64,000 nt of DNA from an uncultured Nitrososphaerota archaeon. Its GTDB lineage: Archaea > Thermoproteota > Nitrososphaeria > Nitrososphaerales > CADDZS01. Of the stretch, positions 9,520 through 18,823 are shown piece after piece (position 1 is the first letter of the stretch; the number at the start of each line of letters is the position of its first letter). The translations under genes were made by a program, and so were the position numbers. The notes beneath the pieces were generated by a model that was not told where the DNA came from, did not search any database, and saw nothing but the letters and a program-made list of their open reading frames with translations. The stretch spans positions 1,408,001-1,472,000 of the forward strand of contig CAWCYI010000006.1 in the NCBI GenBank assembly GCA_963799845.1. The letters are read 5' to 3'.

Positions 9520-10788
9520 TTACGCCGGTACTTTCCTAGCCAGTTTCTTCTTAATTTTGAGCTTGGAAGCAGCAGCTGCTATTCGGTCGATTGCTTCGTT
9601 AATCCTTTCGGTCCCGAGGGAAATTCTGATGTGGCCTTCGGCGTGATACGCGATTCCCGGAGCGCAGGCAACTCCAGCTTCTTCAAGCAGGTACTTGCAG
9701 AACTCCATCGAACTCATGCCGAATGACGAGATGTCAGGGAGGATCAGGTTCGTTCCTTCGGGCTTTACAACATGCATGCCCTCTACAGAGTTCAATCTGT
9801 CGATCGCGTAATCTCTCCCTTTTTGAAGCTTGGATATAGTCTCATAGAGGTGTCTATCCTCGAACTCTTCCCGAAGTGCGGGGATAGCGCCTTTCTGTAA
9901 CAAACTTGGAATTCCCATGCTTGAGAATGCGTGAATCATTTCCATCCCGCTGATTATCTCTTCCGGACCCGTCGCAAAGCCGAGACGGTAGTTTATCATG
10001 TTGAATATCTTGGAAAAAGAAGAGATTGAAATTAGGCGATCTCGGATTTCCCTGAAGCGGCACATCGGAACGTATGGACGTCCATCGTAGACCATTCTTT
10101 CGTACACCTGATCGTGCATGACGTAAATGTCGTGTTTATTCGCGAGCTCGACGATTCCAGCGAGCTCATCCTCGGTGAGAACGCGTCCGGTCGGATTCTC
10201 GGGATTGCAAACCGTGATCAACTTCGTCTTTTTGGTCACGAGCTTCTCAAAATCTTTCTTTTCATGGTAGTAATTGTTCTTCGGATCCAGCTTCGCAAAC
10301 ACCGGTTTTCCCCTTGCGAGTCTTACCGGAATGTCGAAAAAGAATGTGGGAGTCGGAACGATTACCTCGTCCCCCGGATCGAGAAGCGCGGCCATCAGAT
10401 AGTACTCCGCCTGCATGCTTCCCGAAGTCACGATAATCTCGTTCTCCCAGTTAACCTTGAAATCGTACAACCGCTGGAACCTTCCGGCAATCGCCTGTCT
10501 GAGCTCCGGAATGCCGAGAAACGGAGCTTCCTGCTTTATCGCGGCATCCCTGAAAGTCCTCCCTGTTTCCGCGAGAACTTCCTCCGGAACTTTGCTTGAA
10601 ATTATGCTTTCGGCGCAAAAAATTACATCCTTCCCCTGGGCTTCCATTTTCTGACCCATCTCTGCAATTACGACGGTCCCAAACGGCTCTCCGGTTTCCT
10701 CCATGCTCCGGTACTGACCCAACAACTCTTCTACCTGCGAGGCTAGAACGTGTTTGGATGACTTCAATTTCCTTTTTTGCACGGGCAA
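9520..10788 (-). CDS. Class I/II PLP-dependent aminotransferase (AspAT-like)
   Basis: NPENPTG, DQVY, SFSKIFNMINYRLG. Confidence 0.92.
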   Translation of the reverse strand: MPVQKRKLKSSKHVLASQVEELLGQYRSMEETGEPFGTVVIAEMGQKMEAQGKDVIFCAESIISSKVPEEVLAETGRTFRDAAIKQEAPFLGIPELRQAIAGRFQRLYDFKVNWENEIIVTSGSMQAEYYLMAALLDPGDEVIVPTPTFFFDIPVRLARGKPVFAKLDPKNNYYHEKKDFEKLVTKKTKLITVCNPENPTGRVLTEDELAGIVELANKHDIYVMHDQVYERMVYDGRPYVPMCRFREIRDRLISISSFSKIFNMINYRLGFATGPEEIISGMEMIHAFSSMGIPSLLQKGAIPALREEFEDRHLYETISKLQKGRDYAIDRLNSVEGMHVVKPEGTNLILPDISSFGMSSMEFCKYLLEEAGVACAPGIAYHAEGHIRISLGTERINEAIDRIAAAASKLKIKKKLARKVPA

Positions 10789-10879
10789 AACGATCGCGAT
10801 CTAAACTAGGGAAAAACTCACCTTTAAACAGTTAACATTAGAAAGCTCTTATCAATTCTCGATATATTATTTCGAGATC

Positions 10880-11383
10880 GTGGCCTCCGAACCGAACCTC
10901 CTCAATCCTCCCGCCACTATTAGAGCGGTGATCTGCTACCTGCGGCGCGGAGACGATTTTCTTTTGCTCTTGAAAGCTTCGGGAAGATTTGGAGGGGGAT
11001 TTTGGAATGCGCCCGGAGGGAAGATCGACGAAGGGGAGAGTCCTGAAGATGCCGCTAAGCGAGAAGTCTTTGAGGAAACCGGACTAACGATCATACGTCT
11101 TGAAAAGATGGGTTTTCTCGAATTTTTCTTTGGCCCCGGAAAGTCGAGGCCAGACTGGACGGCCGAGGTCTTTGTCAGCTGCGATTTCTTAGGCGAGCAG
11201 CGTGAAAGCAAAGAAGGCAGGCTGGAATGGTTCTCCAGAGAAAAGCTGCCAATGGATCAGATGTGGGAAGACGACAGGTACTGGCTCCCTTTACTGGTGG
11301 AAGGTGTAAAGTTTCACGGCCGGTTTGAATTCACGGCAGACTCGAAGAAACTTATTCGTCATGAAATAAGTGGACTATTGTAA
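10880..11383 (+). CDS. Nudix hydrolase, MutT/MTH1-like 8-oxo-dGTPase
   Basis: Nudix box GGKIDEGESPEDAAKREVFEETG; MWEDDRYWLP. Confidence 0.9.
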   Translation: MASEPNLLNPPATIRAVICYLRRGDDFLLLLKASGRFGGGFWNAPGGKIDEGESPEDAAKREVFEETGLTIIRLEKMGFLEFFFGPGKSRPDWTAEVFVSCDFLGEQRESKEGRLEWFSREKLPMDQMWEDDRYWLPLLVEGVKFHGRFEFTADSKKLIRHEISGLL

Positions 11384-11901
11384 GCTACTCTTTTTCATCG
11401 ACATGTAAGCGGCTCTGAACTCATAGTAATGTATTGCGTTCTCCGAGATCTTTTCGATCTCTTGTTCTGTTACAGATCGTTTCACTTTCGCAGGCGAACC
11501 GAGCGCGAGCGTGTTTTCAGGAATCTCCGCTTCCTGGACTATGAGCGAACCAGCGCCGATTATGCAGTTATCTCCGATTCTTGACCCGTTTAGAATGATC
11601 GCCCCCATTCCGATAAGGCAGTTTGATCCGATCTGAGATCCGTGGACTATTGCACCATGCCCGACGGAAACGCTGTCGCCGATTACGCATGGAAATCCCG
11701 CATCGGTATGAACAGAACAGTTGTCCTGAATATTTGATCGAAATCCAATTTGTATTCTTTCAGATTCAGCCCTGACTGAAGAGCCGAACCATACAGAGTC
11801 TGCCCTCGCCGATATCAACGTCACCGACGATTGTGGCCGTGTCAGCCACAAAGCAATCTCTCGCAATCCGGGGGCTTTTCCCGCCGTACTCCATGATTGT
11901 C
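11375..11901 (-). CDS. Gamma carbonic anhydrase-family protein (5' part frameshifted)
   Basis: NIQDNCSVH, VGHGAIVHG hexapeptide repeats; true N-terminus MEYGGKSP/IARDCFVADTATIVGDV lies in other frames. Confidence 0.85.
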
Positions 11902-12114
11902 AATGTTGCGATTTTTGAAACAATGCCTGCTTAAAATCTATGAGCCGAATACAAAAAACTCCAGAGAACCAGTATTAAGAAGCCGATCAGAATAATCCAG
12001 AACAGGGCTTTTGTCTGTCTCGTCTGGGATCTTGAACGCTGCAAGTAAACCTGTAGAATGGCCGGAAGCCGAGGACTATTTTAACTTGATTGACATAGAG
12101 CGAAGCAAGAGTAG

Positions 12115-12315
12115 TTGTTGCAATTTGTATTTACTATTCCATCGTGGAACCCCGGAAATCCTTCGTACGCCGCGACCCTGACGATCAGCGCATTGCTAGT
12201 CCTTCTGATCCTCGGAATCTGTTTCATGATAGCGATGAGAAATCCCGGGTATATGCGAGAGAAAAAGAAAGTTCAGGATTTACCAAAGGCGTTTTCAATC
12301 GCTTCGTCAAGCTGA
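12115..12315 (+). CDS. Small single-pass membrane protein
   Basis: One hydrophobic helix followed by basic residues; overlaps the 3' end of the convergent gene. Confidence 0.4.
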   Translation: MLQFVFTIPSWNPGNPSYAATLTISALLVLLILGICFMIAMRNPGYMREKKKVQDLPKAFSIASSS

Positions 12316-12674
12316 GAAAAACTGCTCGGAACTCCTCTGTAAATTTTCACGCCGTTAACGCGAAACTCCGGCATTTGATTAGGCGATCTCCCTCTGAATC
12401 CCATCACCTTTTCGAACACTCTGTTGGGGGATCTTTCGAAAACTCTGATCTCAACTGCTCGACCATAAGCCCGCTGGAAATCGAGAGCTATCAAAGCGAT
12501 CCGGTAGTAAACGTCCTGTGAAGAATTCTCGGCCTGATCGGATTGCACCCGTGAAACAGAACCTTTAGTCTTCGATTCAACGAGGGCCTGTACGTTTTTG
12601 AGAATGGATTCGAACCTCTCAGGATCTAGACCAATGATATCCAACTTGAGCCGAACGCGAGCAGTCTTGGCCAT
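12273..12674 (-). CDS. Hypothetical protein, possible thioredoxin-like fold lacking CxxC
   Basis: PEFRVNGVKIYRGVP resembles the thioredoxin cis-Pro strand. Confidence 0.55.
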   Translation of the reverse strand: MAKTARVRLKLDIIGLDPERFESILKNVQALVESKTKGSVSRVQSDQAENSSQDVYYRIALIALDFQRAYGRAVEIRVFERSPNRVFEKVMGFRGRSPNQMPEFRVNGVKIYRGVPSSFSQLDEAIENAFGKS

Positions 12675-12729
12675 TCTCAGTCCCAGTTTTACAACATTAG
12701 GTTTGAAATAGTTTACCTACACTCTCAAT

Positions 12730-12900
12730 TCATTCCGTGTGCCTTGACTTTTTCACGTCGCCGCGACTAAGCTTCAATACCTTGCCTTTTTTGACTAGAC
12801 GAACAATAATTCTCCCATATGGGACAAATTGCTCAATTATTCCGTGATCATTTTCATCACTAACATAGACTGTATCACCCAGACTCAGTCGCACCCTCAT
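12730..12900 (-). CDS. Small basic KOW/SH3-like protein (56 aa, not in the ORF track)
   Basis: Hand translation MRVRLSLGDTVYVSDENDHGIIEQFVPYGRIIVRLVKKGKVLKLSRGDVKKSRHTE*. Confidence 0.55.
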   Translation of the reverse strand: MRVRLSLGDTVYVSDENDHGIIEQFVPYGRIIVRLVKKGKVLKLSRGDVKKSRHTE

Positions 12901-13053
12901 CACACCCAAATTAGATGAACCCCGGAACTTCCGAACTTTGGAAATGATGCAAGAGAGGTATCATCTCGCTTATAGGATTTGCTCCAATTTGTTCCATGAT
13001 GTTGAAAGTTTCGAAAAATTTTTTCGAGCGGTTGACAATCCGTTGACAAGGCC

Positions 13054-13530
13054 TTGATCATTTACATCCTTCGACATGGAGAAGCCGAGCCCAAGTCTAG
13101 TCACGTTTCGGACGAGGAAAGGCATCTAACAACACTCGGATCGTCTCGACTAAGAAAGAATTTGGTAATTGCAAAGCAGGTAGGAACTGAAATAGATTTG
13201 ATACTGACGAGCCCTCTGGTCAGGGCAAAGGAATCGGCCGAAATTGCCGGGGACGTTTTCGCAATCGAAAAATACGAGATCGAAGAGTCGCTCGAACCGA
13301 CAAGAACTCCTTACGAGGTCTTCCAGAGTCTCGCAAGATACGCGCAGGTCGGTCGAGTATTGCTTGTGACTCACCAACCACTTGCCTCGAGCTTGATGGC
13401 TGCACTTCTCAACTGGGATGAAAGTTTTCTTGCATTCCCCACCGGGACTATTGCCAAAATTGAGGTGAAGGATCTAAGAAGCAGTCCTCAGGGCACTCTC
13501 CAGTATCTTCTGCCGCCTCCGAACAAGTAG
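13054..13530 (+). CDS. sixA: SixA-like phosphohistidine phosphatase
   Basis: ILRHGEA, LTSPLVRAKESA, LLVTHQP. Confidence 0.88.
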   Translation: MIIYILRHGEAEPKSSHVSDEERHLTTLGSSRLRKNLVIAKQVGTEIDLILTSPLVRAKESAEIAGDVFAIEKYEIEESLEPTRTPYEVFQSLARYAQVGRVLLVTHQPLASSLMAALLNWDESFLAFPTGTIAKIEVKDLRSSPQGTLQYLLPPPNK

Positions 13531-13560
13531 AGTTTATCCGTCGGTAGATCCGGCATCGAA

Positions 13561-13938
13561 TTGTCTTGCCGAAAAATGAGCTTACATAGAAACATCTGCG
13601 ACAAAATCAGATCATCCAACTCCAAGATCAGACATGTCGGTTACTACGATCCTTTCGGAAGGATTCTGTATGACAGCATCAGGCCGAATACGAAGCCGAT
13701 GGAAGGAACTGAAGAGATGCACATCTTAAACGGAACGGTCGCGACCACATTGAATTTATGGAGCCCAGCGAGTCCCCTGATTGGCAGGGTTCAGGCCTTC
13801 ATCATAATTCGTAAGAAGCTGACTGCTCTGATTTATCCACATGAGAAGGGTAGGTATTTCCTAATCGTTTTTGAGGCGGATATCGCCCTTTCAGAAATCG
13901 GGAAAGTAAGATCGTCGCTCGATGGTGAACTCGAATAA
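13561..13938 (+). CDS. Roadblock/longin-like hypothetical protein (DUF6659-like)
   Basis: CDKI…IRHVGYYD.FGR pattern typical of a thaumarchaeal family. Confidence 0.55.
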   Translation: MSCRKMSLHRNICDKIRSSNSKIRHVGYYDPFGRILYDSIRPNTKPMEGTEEMHILNGTVATTLNLWSPASPLIGRVQAFIIIRKKLTALIYPHEKGRYFLIVFEADIALSEIGKVRSSLDGELE

Positions 13939-14022
13939 GAAACTCCGGAAAGATTTCCGGCAGAGTTCATCGAGGGTTAATCTGGAGCAAAAAATAGGGA
14001 GTAGACCTTTGCTGGAAAAGGT

Positions 14023-14178
14023 CTAGATTCGCTTGATCATTCCGTCCATTTGCTCTTCGGTTATCGTCATACCCGGATGAGCATCGGCGGCGTGCATCGA
14101 GGCGTGTTTCTTCACATCGGCATCGCCCGCGGGAGAGACAAGAGTCCAGCCGCAGTCACATGAGACCATCGAAGCCAT
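14023..14178 (-). CDS. Small metal-binding protein (DUF1059-like)
   Basis: CDCGW…HASMHAADAH…MIK. Confidence 0.7.
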   Translation of the reverse strand: MASMVSCDCGWTLVSPAGDADVKKHASMHAADAHPGMTITEEQMDGMIKRI

Positions 14179-14302
14179 TGCTGCCAGTCGAAATCTTGGG
14201 AGAGACAGATAAGCCTTTGCCAACATTCGTTCGCTGTTCCGTTCAAGGGACCAGATCAGTGCAATAGGCCTTGCGGAAGCTTCAGGACAAAATCGGTGAC
14301 GA

Positions 14303-14534
14303 TGGTGCCGGGGACGGGATTCGATCCCGCGACCCCCAGATCTCTTATCGCTTTCGAAGGATTATGAGTCACACCCTCTTACACTGGCGCGAACTTCATC
14401 TATTCGAATCACCGGTATGAGGGTTTTAGCCCTTTATTTTCTCGTGATCCTCAGAGGCTGGTGCTCTAACCAGGCTGAGCTATCGGGACGATAACATTCC
14501 TCGTCAGAATGTATTTCCGCATCGCCACCCCGGC
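14303..14534 (-). tRNA. tRNA-Met(CAT), elongator type, with three introns (8/9: 14482-14526; 30/31: 14370-14457; 37/38: 14342-14362)
   Basis: Spliced sequence GCCGGGG TA GCTC AGCCTGGTTA GAGC A CCAGA CTCATAA TCTGG GGGTC GCGGG ATCGAAT CCCGT CCCCGGC ACCA folds as a cloverleaf; each junction has a BHB motif; CCA is encoded. Confidence 0.93.
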
Positions 14535-14606
14535 CTTGAGGCCCCCGGCATTTTGGGCATTCCTCTTCTCGGCGTTAATAAGCGTGGCGAGGTACAAGCT
14601 ACGCTG

Positions 14607-15582
14607 TTACGGTGCGGACAAAGCCCTGCCGCAATTGTGACAGAATCTTTCGTCCTGCGAAACAGGCGTTCCGCAGGAAGGACAGAAGTTATTTCTCTGG
14701 GGAGTTAACTGTCCAAAATATCCCATCGGCTGCGGCTTCATGTTATCATACAGAGACGGAGGTCTCGGCATAGATCGAACCTGCGACTGACTGTAGGAAG
14801 AATACAAAACCACCATCGATGCCGACACCAGTGGAAATTCTAGCGCGAGAATAAAATTCTGGGCCGCGTTGACAGCAAGCATCGAGGTTGAATCAGATAG
14901 TGGCAGAAGGCCGACTATGGAACTAATCAACAGAGCAACGATGTAAATGATAATTTGAATTCCGATAACTAGGAGGAAGGTCTTCCCCCACTTGCCAGAG
15001 ATCAAATTCCTGCTTCTCCCGAACGCAGCTGAGGGGAGACTTGTCTTCGATTACCGACGCGGCCAAACTGAGATAAAGCAATGTTCCAAAAACCAGCGGT
15101 CCAACAATCAAAATGATGCTGGCTTCAACTATCACGACCGCAAGAAAAGTCGTTACTGCAAGGTTGACAAGATTTATTCGATTTGTCGAAGTGAAAGTTA
15201 TTTTTTGGTTTTTGCCGAACGATTGACAGATTTTCCAAACGCCGATCCCAGCCGCGAAGTAAAGAATGAACCAAGTGACAAGAAAGTTAGCAGCCGTATA
15301 TTCCAGGTACATGAAAACCGAACTCATCGCATCCAGAAGCTGCGTCTGGGTCAACGTTGCTACATTCGAGGGAATAGTGTAGGATGGGGTCACGTAGGAA
15401 ATGTATGTCGAAACTATCGCGACTAAAACACCAAAACCCGCAAAGACCGGAAGCAGCTGAAGATAATTTTTCCTCGCGAGATCGAACGATTTGCTGAAAG
15501 ATTCGCCAAGCGAAAGCTCGCGGGAGTACTCTCCCTGATCGGGGGGCTCACCGGTCATGCGAAAATCATCTCTAGTTTCCAA
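14607..15582 (-). CDS. Multi-pass membrane protein with C-terminal zinc ribbon (frameshift in a C4 run near 15035)
   Basis: Two overlapping ORFs join as …DKSPSAAFGRSRNLISGKWGK…; ends with CPSCG…FCHNCG. Confidence 0.75.
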
Positions 15583-15857
15583 GATACAGTTTGAAGTACA
15601 AGCTTTTTGAATTTAACCGCAAGCTAGATGATTGTCGCGATGTTAGCTTCGAGCTTCTAGTCCTGTTGCGCAATAATCTGGAGAGCGGGTCCCATCCATT
15701 TCTTGGAATGCCGACATCTTCAATTCTATATTCTTTTGGAGTCTTCAATTACTAGTTTTCATTGATTCATAAAGAAAAATTACTTTCATACTTCCTATAG
15801 CTCGACTGTAGATAGCTCCGATGCTTTCGGCCTCTTTTCAACTATTTCGATTCCGCA

Positions 15858-17369
15858 TCAAGCTTTGTTTATCAAGACTGGCTTGTCTTCGAGAGGCTTT
15901 TCGACAAACTCCTCATGCAGCGCCGAAACAGCCCTGTTGCGATCCTTGTCCTTGATCACGAATGAAATATTGATCTCGGATGAACCCTGCGCGATCATCC
16001 TGATATTGATGCCCTGTTTTGCTACAGTGCTGAAAACTCTCCCGGCTATTCCCGGAGTTCCTATCATGCCGCGGCCCAAGACGGCGACAATTGAAACATC
16101 GTCCTCGTACTCAACCTTGCTGAATTTCGTATTGCTCTCTCTCCCAAAGGTATTTTTCGAAGAACCTGAAACCTCCGGATCTTCCATCAAAAGATCTTTT
16201 TTGAGTGCCCTGACTATTTTCGGCAGCTCGTTTCTCCGGATTACAAGCGAGACATTGTTTTCGGAGACCGATTGGGACATCATTAGAATTCCGACTCCGT
16301 GCTCCTTCAATATCTCGAATATCTTTACGGCAGTGCCCGGACTCCCAACTATGCTCGTCCCGCTGATGCTGACCACCCCAACGTTTGTCAGAGAACCCAC
16401 GGCCTTCACCCCTGTTTTGACACCATTTGCGACACTATCCGTAGAGAGAATCAGCGTGCCGGGAACTTCCGGATTGAACGTGTTCTTTATCCTGACTGGG
16501 ATCCCCTTCCTCGCCGCAGGCTCAAGAGCCCGCGGCTGCATGGCCTTTGCGCCGAACGCGGTCATCTCCATCGCTTCAAGATAGGAAATCTGTTCGAGAA
16601 TCCTTGCGTTATGAATTATACGAGGATCGGCGCTCATGATGCCGTCCACGTCGGTCCAGAGCAGGACTTCGTCAGCATCGATCGCTGCCGCAATCAAGGT
16701 CGCAGTATAATCAGATCCTCCACGCCCTAGAGTGATTACCTCGTGCCCTTCCAGAGTCTCCGCAATATAGCCGGTGACAACTGGAATAACGCCTCCCACA
16801 ATCAGAGGTAGCAGGGAAGCTTTCAGTTTTTCATTTGTAATTTTCATCATCGGTTCCGCGGAACCGAAAGTTTCGTCGGTAACTATACCAGCCTCGCCAC
16901 CAACTAGGTACTTGGTTTTGAGGCCAATGCTCGAAAGTGCAGCGTTTACTATAGACGTTGAGAGCTTTTCTCCGAAGGACAGAAAGTAGTCCAAAGATCT
17001 GGGACTCAAGTCCCGAAGCAGAGAAATGCCGAGGAGCACCTTATCGATCTCGTCGAATCGCTCAGCGGCCCATTCATTGCACTGTCGTCTTAGTTCCCTA
17101 TTATCGACCGTTTGATCAATAGCTTTCTCGATACTTGCGCGAATTTCGGAAATGGTTTTCCTCGCCTTTTCAAGATCACCTTTTTTCGCTTGCTCGATCG
17201 CTTTCAGGAGGTGGTCTGTAGTATCACCCATCGCTGAACAGACCACTATTAGATTCGATTGTTCAGAATATTTCTTGACAATTGAAACACTCTGCAACAT
17301 CTCTTTGGATCCACCCAAGGAGGAACCTCCAAACTTCATGACGTATGTTTTTTTATGATCTTGACTCAA
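15858..17369 (-). CDS. lysC: Aspartate kinase with two ACT domains
   Basis: KFGGSS, VVCSAMGDTTD, TLGRGGSDYTA, WTDVDGIMSADPR. Confidence 0.95.
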   Translation of the reverse strand: MSQDHKKTYVMKFGGSSLGGSKEMLQSVSIVKKYSEQSNLIVVCSAMGDTTDHLLKAIEQAKKGDLEKARKTISEIRASIEKAIDQTVDNRELRRQCNEWAAERFDEIDKVLLGISLLRDLSPRSLDYFLSFGEKLSTSIVNAALSSIGLKTKYLVGGEAGIVTDETFGSAEPMMKITNEKLKASLLPLIVGGVIPVVTGYIAETLEGHEVITLGRGGSDYTATLIAAAIDADEVLLWTDVDGIMSADPRIIHNARILEQISYLEAMEMTAFGAKAMQPRALEPAARKGIPVRIKNTFNPEVPGTLILSTDSVANGVKTGVKAVGSLTNVGVVSISGTSIVGSPGTAVKIFEILKEHGVGILMMSQSVSENNVSLVIRRNELPKIVRALKKDLLMEDPEVSGSSKNTFGRESNTKFSKVEYEDDVSIVAVLGRGMIGTPGIAGRVFSTVAKQGINIRMIAQGSSEINISFVIKDKDRNRAVSALHEEFVEKPLEDKPVLINKA

Positions 17370-17390
17370 TTCAGAGAACTCCCGAGCGCA

Positions 17391-18290
17391 TCAGACGCCG
17401 CGCGGGTATGAACCCAGTACTTTCAATTCCTCAGTTTGATATCGAAGGTCTTCAATGGCCTTTCGACAATTTTCATCCTTGACATGCCCCGCAAAATCGA
17501 CATAGAAATAATACTCCCACGGCTTCCCTCTGATGGGTCTGGATTCAATTCTGTCAACATTAATCGCTCGAGAAGACAGAGCGGTGAGTGCTCTAACAAG
17601 GCAACCGGGCTCGTGTTTAGTCGCAAAAATTGCTGAAGTCTTGTCGTTGCCGGTTGGCATATTCAATTCATCGCTGTCTCTCTCCGCTTTTTCTACGACG
17701 ACGAATCTGGTCCGGTTTGAAGGGTCGTCCTCGATCCCTCTGGCAACGAGCGTCATTCCGTATATTTCGCTGGCGAGTTCGCTTGCAATTCCGGCCACGT
17801 CCTTCAAACTCTGCTCTTTGATCATCTTGACCGAGCCGGCAGTGTCATAAACTGGAACTTGTTCCCAGCGATTTCCCTCTCTTTCCAGATACTCTTTGCA
17901 CTGAGCGAGCGCCTGCGGGTGGGACATCACCTTCGTTATATTGTTCAGCGAAGTATCCCTGTGAATTATGAGGCAGTGGTCTACGGGAACGCTAATTTCA
18001 CCGACGATTCTAACATTCCTGCTGATCAGAAGGTCGATTGTCTCCCCTACACTCCCGGCCGTGCTATTCTCGATGGGGACGACCGCGAAATCGGGTATGT
18101 TATCTCCATTTCCAGAGAGCGCCCAGAAAACTCGCTGCAATGTGGGAAGCGTAAAGACCTGCTTAGCAGCTTCCTTGCCGAAGAAAAAATACACTGCTTG
18201 CTGGCTATAAGCACCTAGTTCTCCCTGAATTGCAACTGAAACCGTAGGTTTTTTCACTAACAGTTTTTTCGATGTAACTATGGAACTCAT
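17391..18290 (-). CDS. pheA: Prephenate dehydratase
   Basis: GELGAYS, PIENSTAGSV, SHPQALAQC, NRTRF, IESRP. Confidence 0.95.
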   Translation of the reverse strand: MSSIVTSKKLLVKKPTVSVAIQGELGAYSQQAVYFFFGKEAAKQVFTLPTLQRVFWALSGNGDNIPDFAVVPIENSTAGSVGETIDLLISRNVRIVGEISVPVDHCLIIHRDTSLNNITKVMSHPQALAQCKEYLEREGNRWEQVPVYDTAGSVKMIKEQSLKDVAGIASELASEIYGMTLVARGIEDDPSNRTRFVVVEKAERDSDELNMPTGNDKTSAIFATKHEPGCLVRALTALSSRAINVDRIESRPIRGKPWEYYFYVDFAGHVKDENCRKAIEDLRYQTEELKVLGSYPRGV

Positions 18291-18823
18291 GTCGAAGCTA
18301 CCAACCTCTGTCTCAATCTCTCGCGGACACGCCCCAGCCTGCCGCCGGAAACGAGAAGATCTCTTTCTTCACCGCTCATCAATATTTTCTTCTCAAATTG
18401 GGCGCCGCCTCTGTCTATCCTAACTACCAGTTTTTTCAGATCGATGTCCAGCTTGTCTCCAAGCTTGATGTCGGCCGTACTGTCCACCTTCACGACGCAG
18501 AAGGCGTTGTTTATCGAATTTCGGAAGAAAATATCCGGAAAAGATTCGGCGACAACCGCGTTCACATTGTTGTACTGGATCGCGTACACCGCCTGTTCTC
18601 TGCTTGATCCGCAACCGAAATTCTTTCCAGCTGCGACGATGTTATCTTTTTTCGAGTTAGCTCTGCAGGTCTTTATGAAATCCGGGCTGTACCTCTCGAA
18701 AGCATAATCGGCGAAGAATTTCTTGTCCCAGGCCTCTTGAAGTAAGTATGCGGGGATAATGTAGTCGGTGTTGATGTCATCGCCGAATTTTACGGTGACA
18801 GTTCCCTCGATAAGCTGATTCAA
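18287..18823 (-). CDS. leuD: 3-isopropylmalate dehydratase small subunit
   Basis: DDINTDYIIP, NFGCGSSREQA, IFFRNSIN. Confidence 0.92.
   Translation of the reverse strand: MNQLIEGTVTVKFGDDINTDYIIPAYLLQEAWDKKFFADYAFERYSPDFIKTCRANSKKDNIVAAGKNFGCGSSREQAVYAIQYNNVNAVVAESFPDIFFRNSINNAFCVVKVDSTADIKLGDKLDIDLKKLVVRIDRGGAQFEKKILMSGEERDLLVSGGRLGRVRERLRQRLVAST

Noticed and set aside
14023-14303. Integrated element at the tRNA 3' end
   Set aside because: No integrase and no duplicated tRNA 3' fragment noticed in the window.
14405-14450. Nested intron within intron 2
   Set aside because: The internal stems do not give a 3-4-3 BHB geometry.
14303-14534. Initiator tRNA-Met or tRNA-Ile2(CAT)
   Set aside because: G1-C72 GCCGGGG acceptor, no A1-U72 pair and no triple G-C anticodon stem; fits elongator Met.
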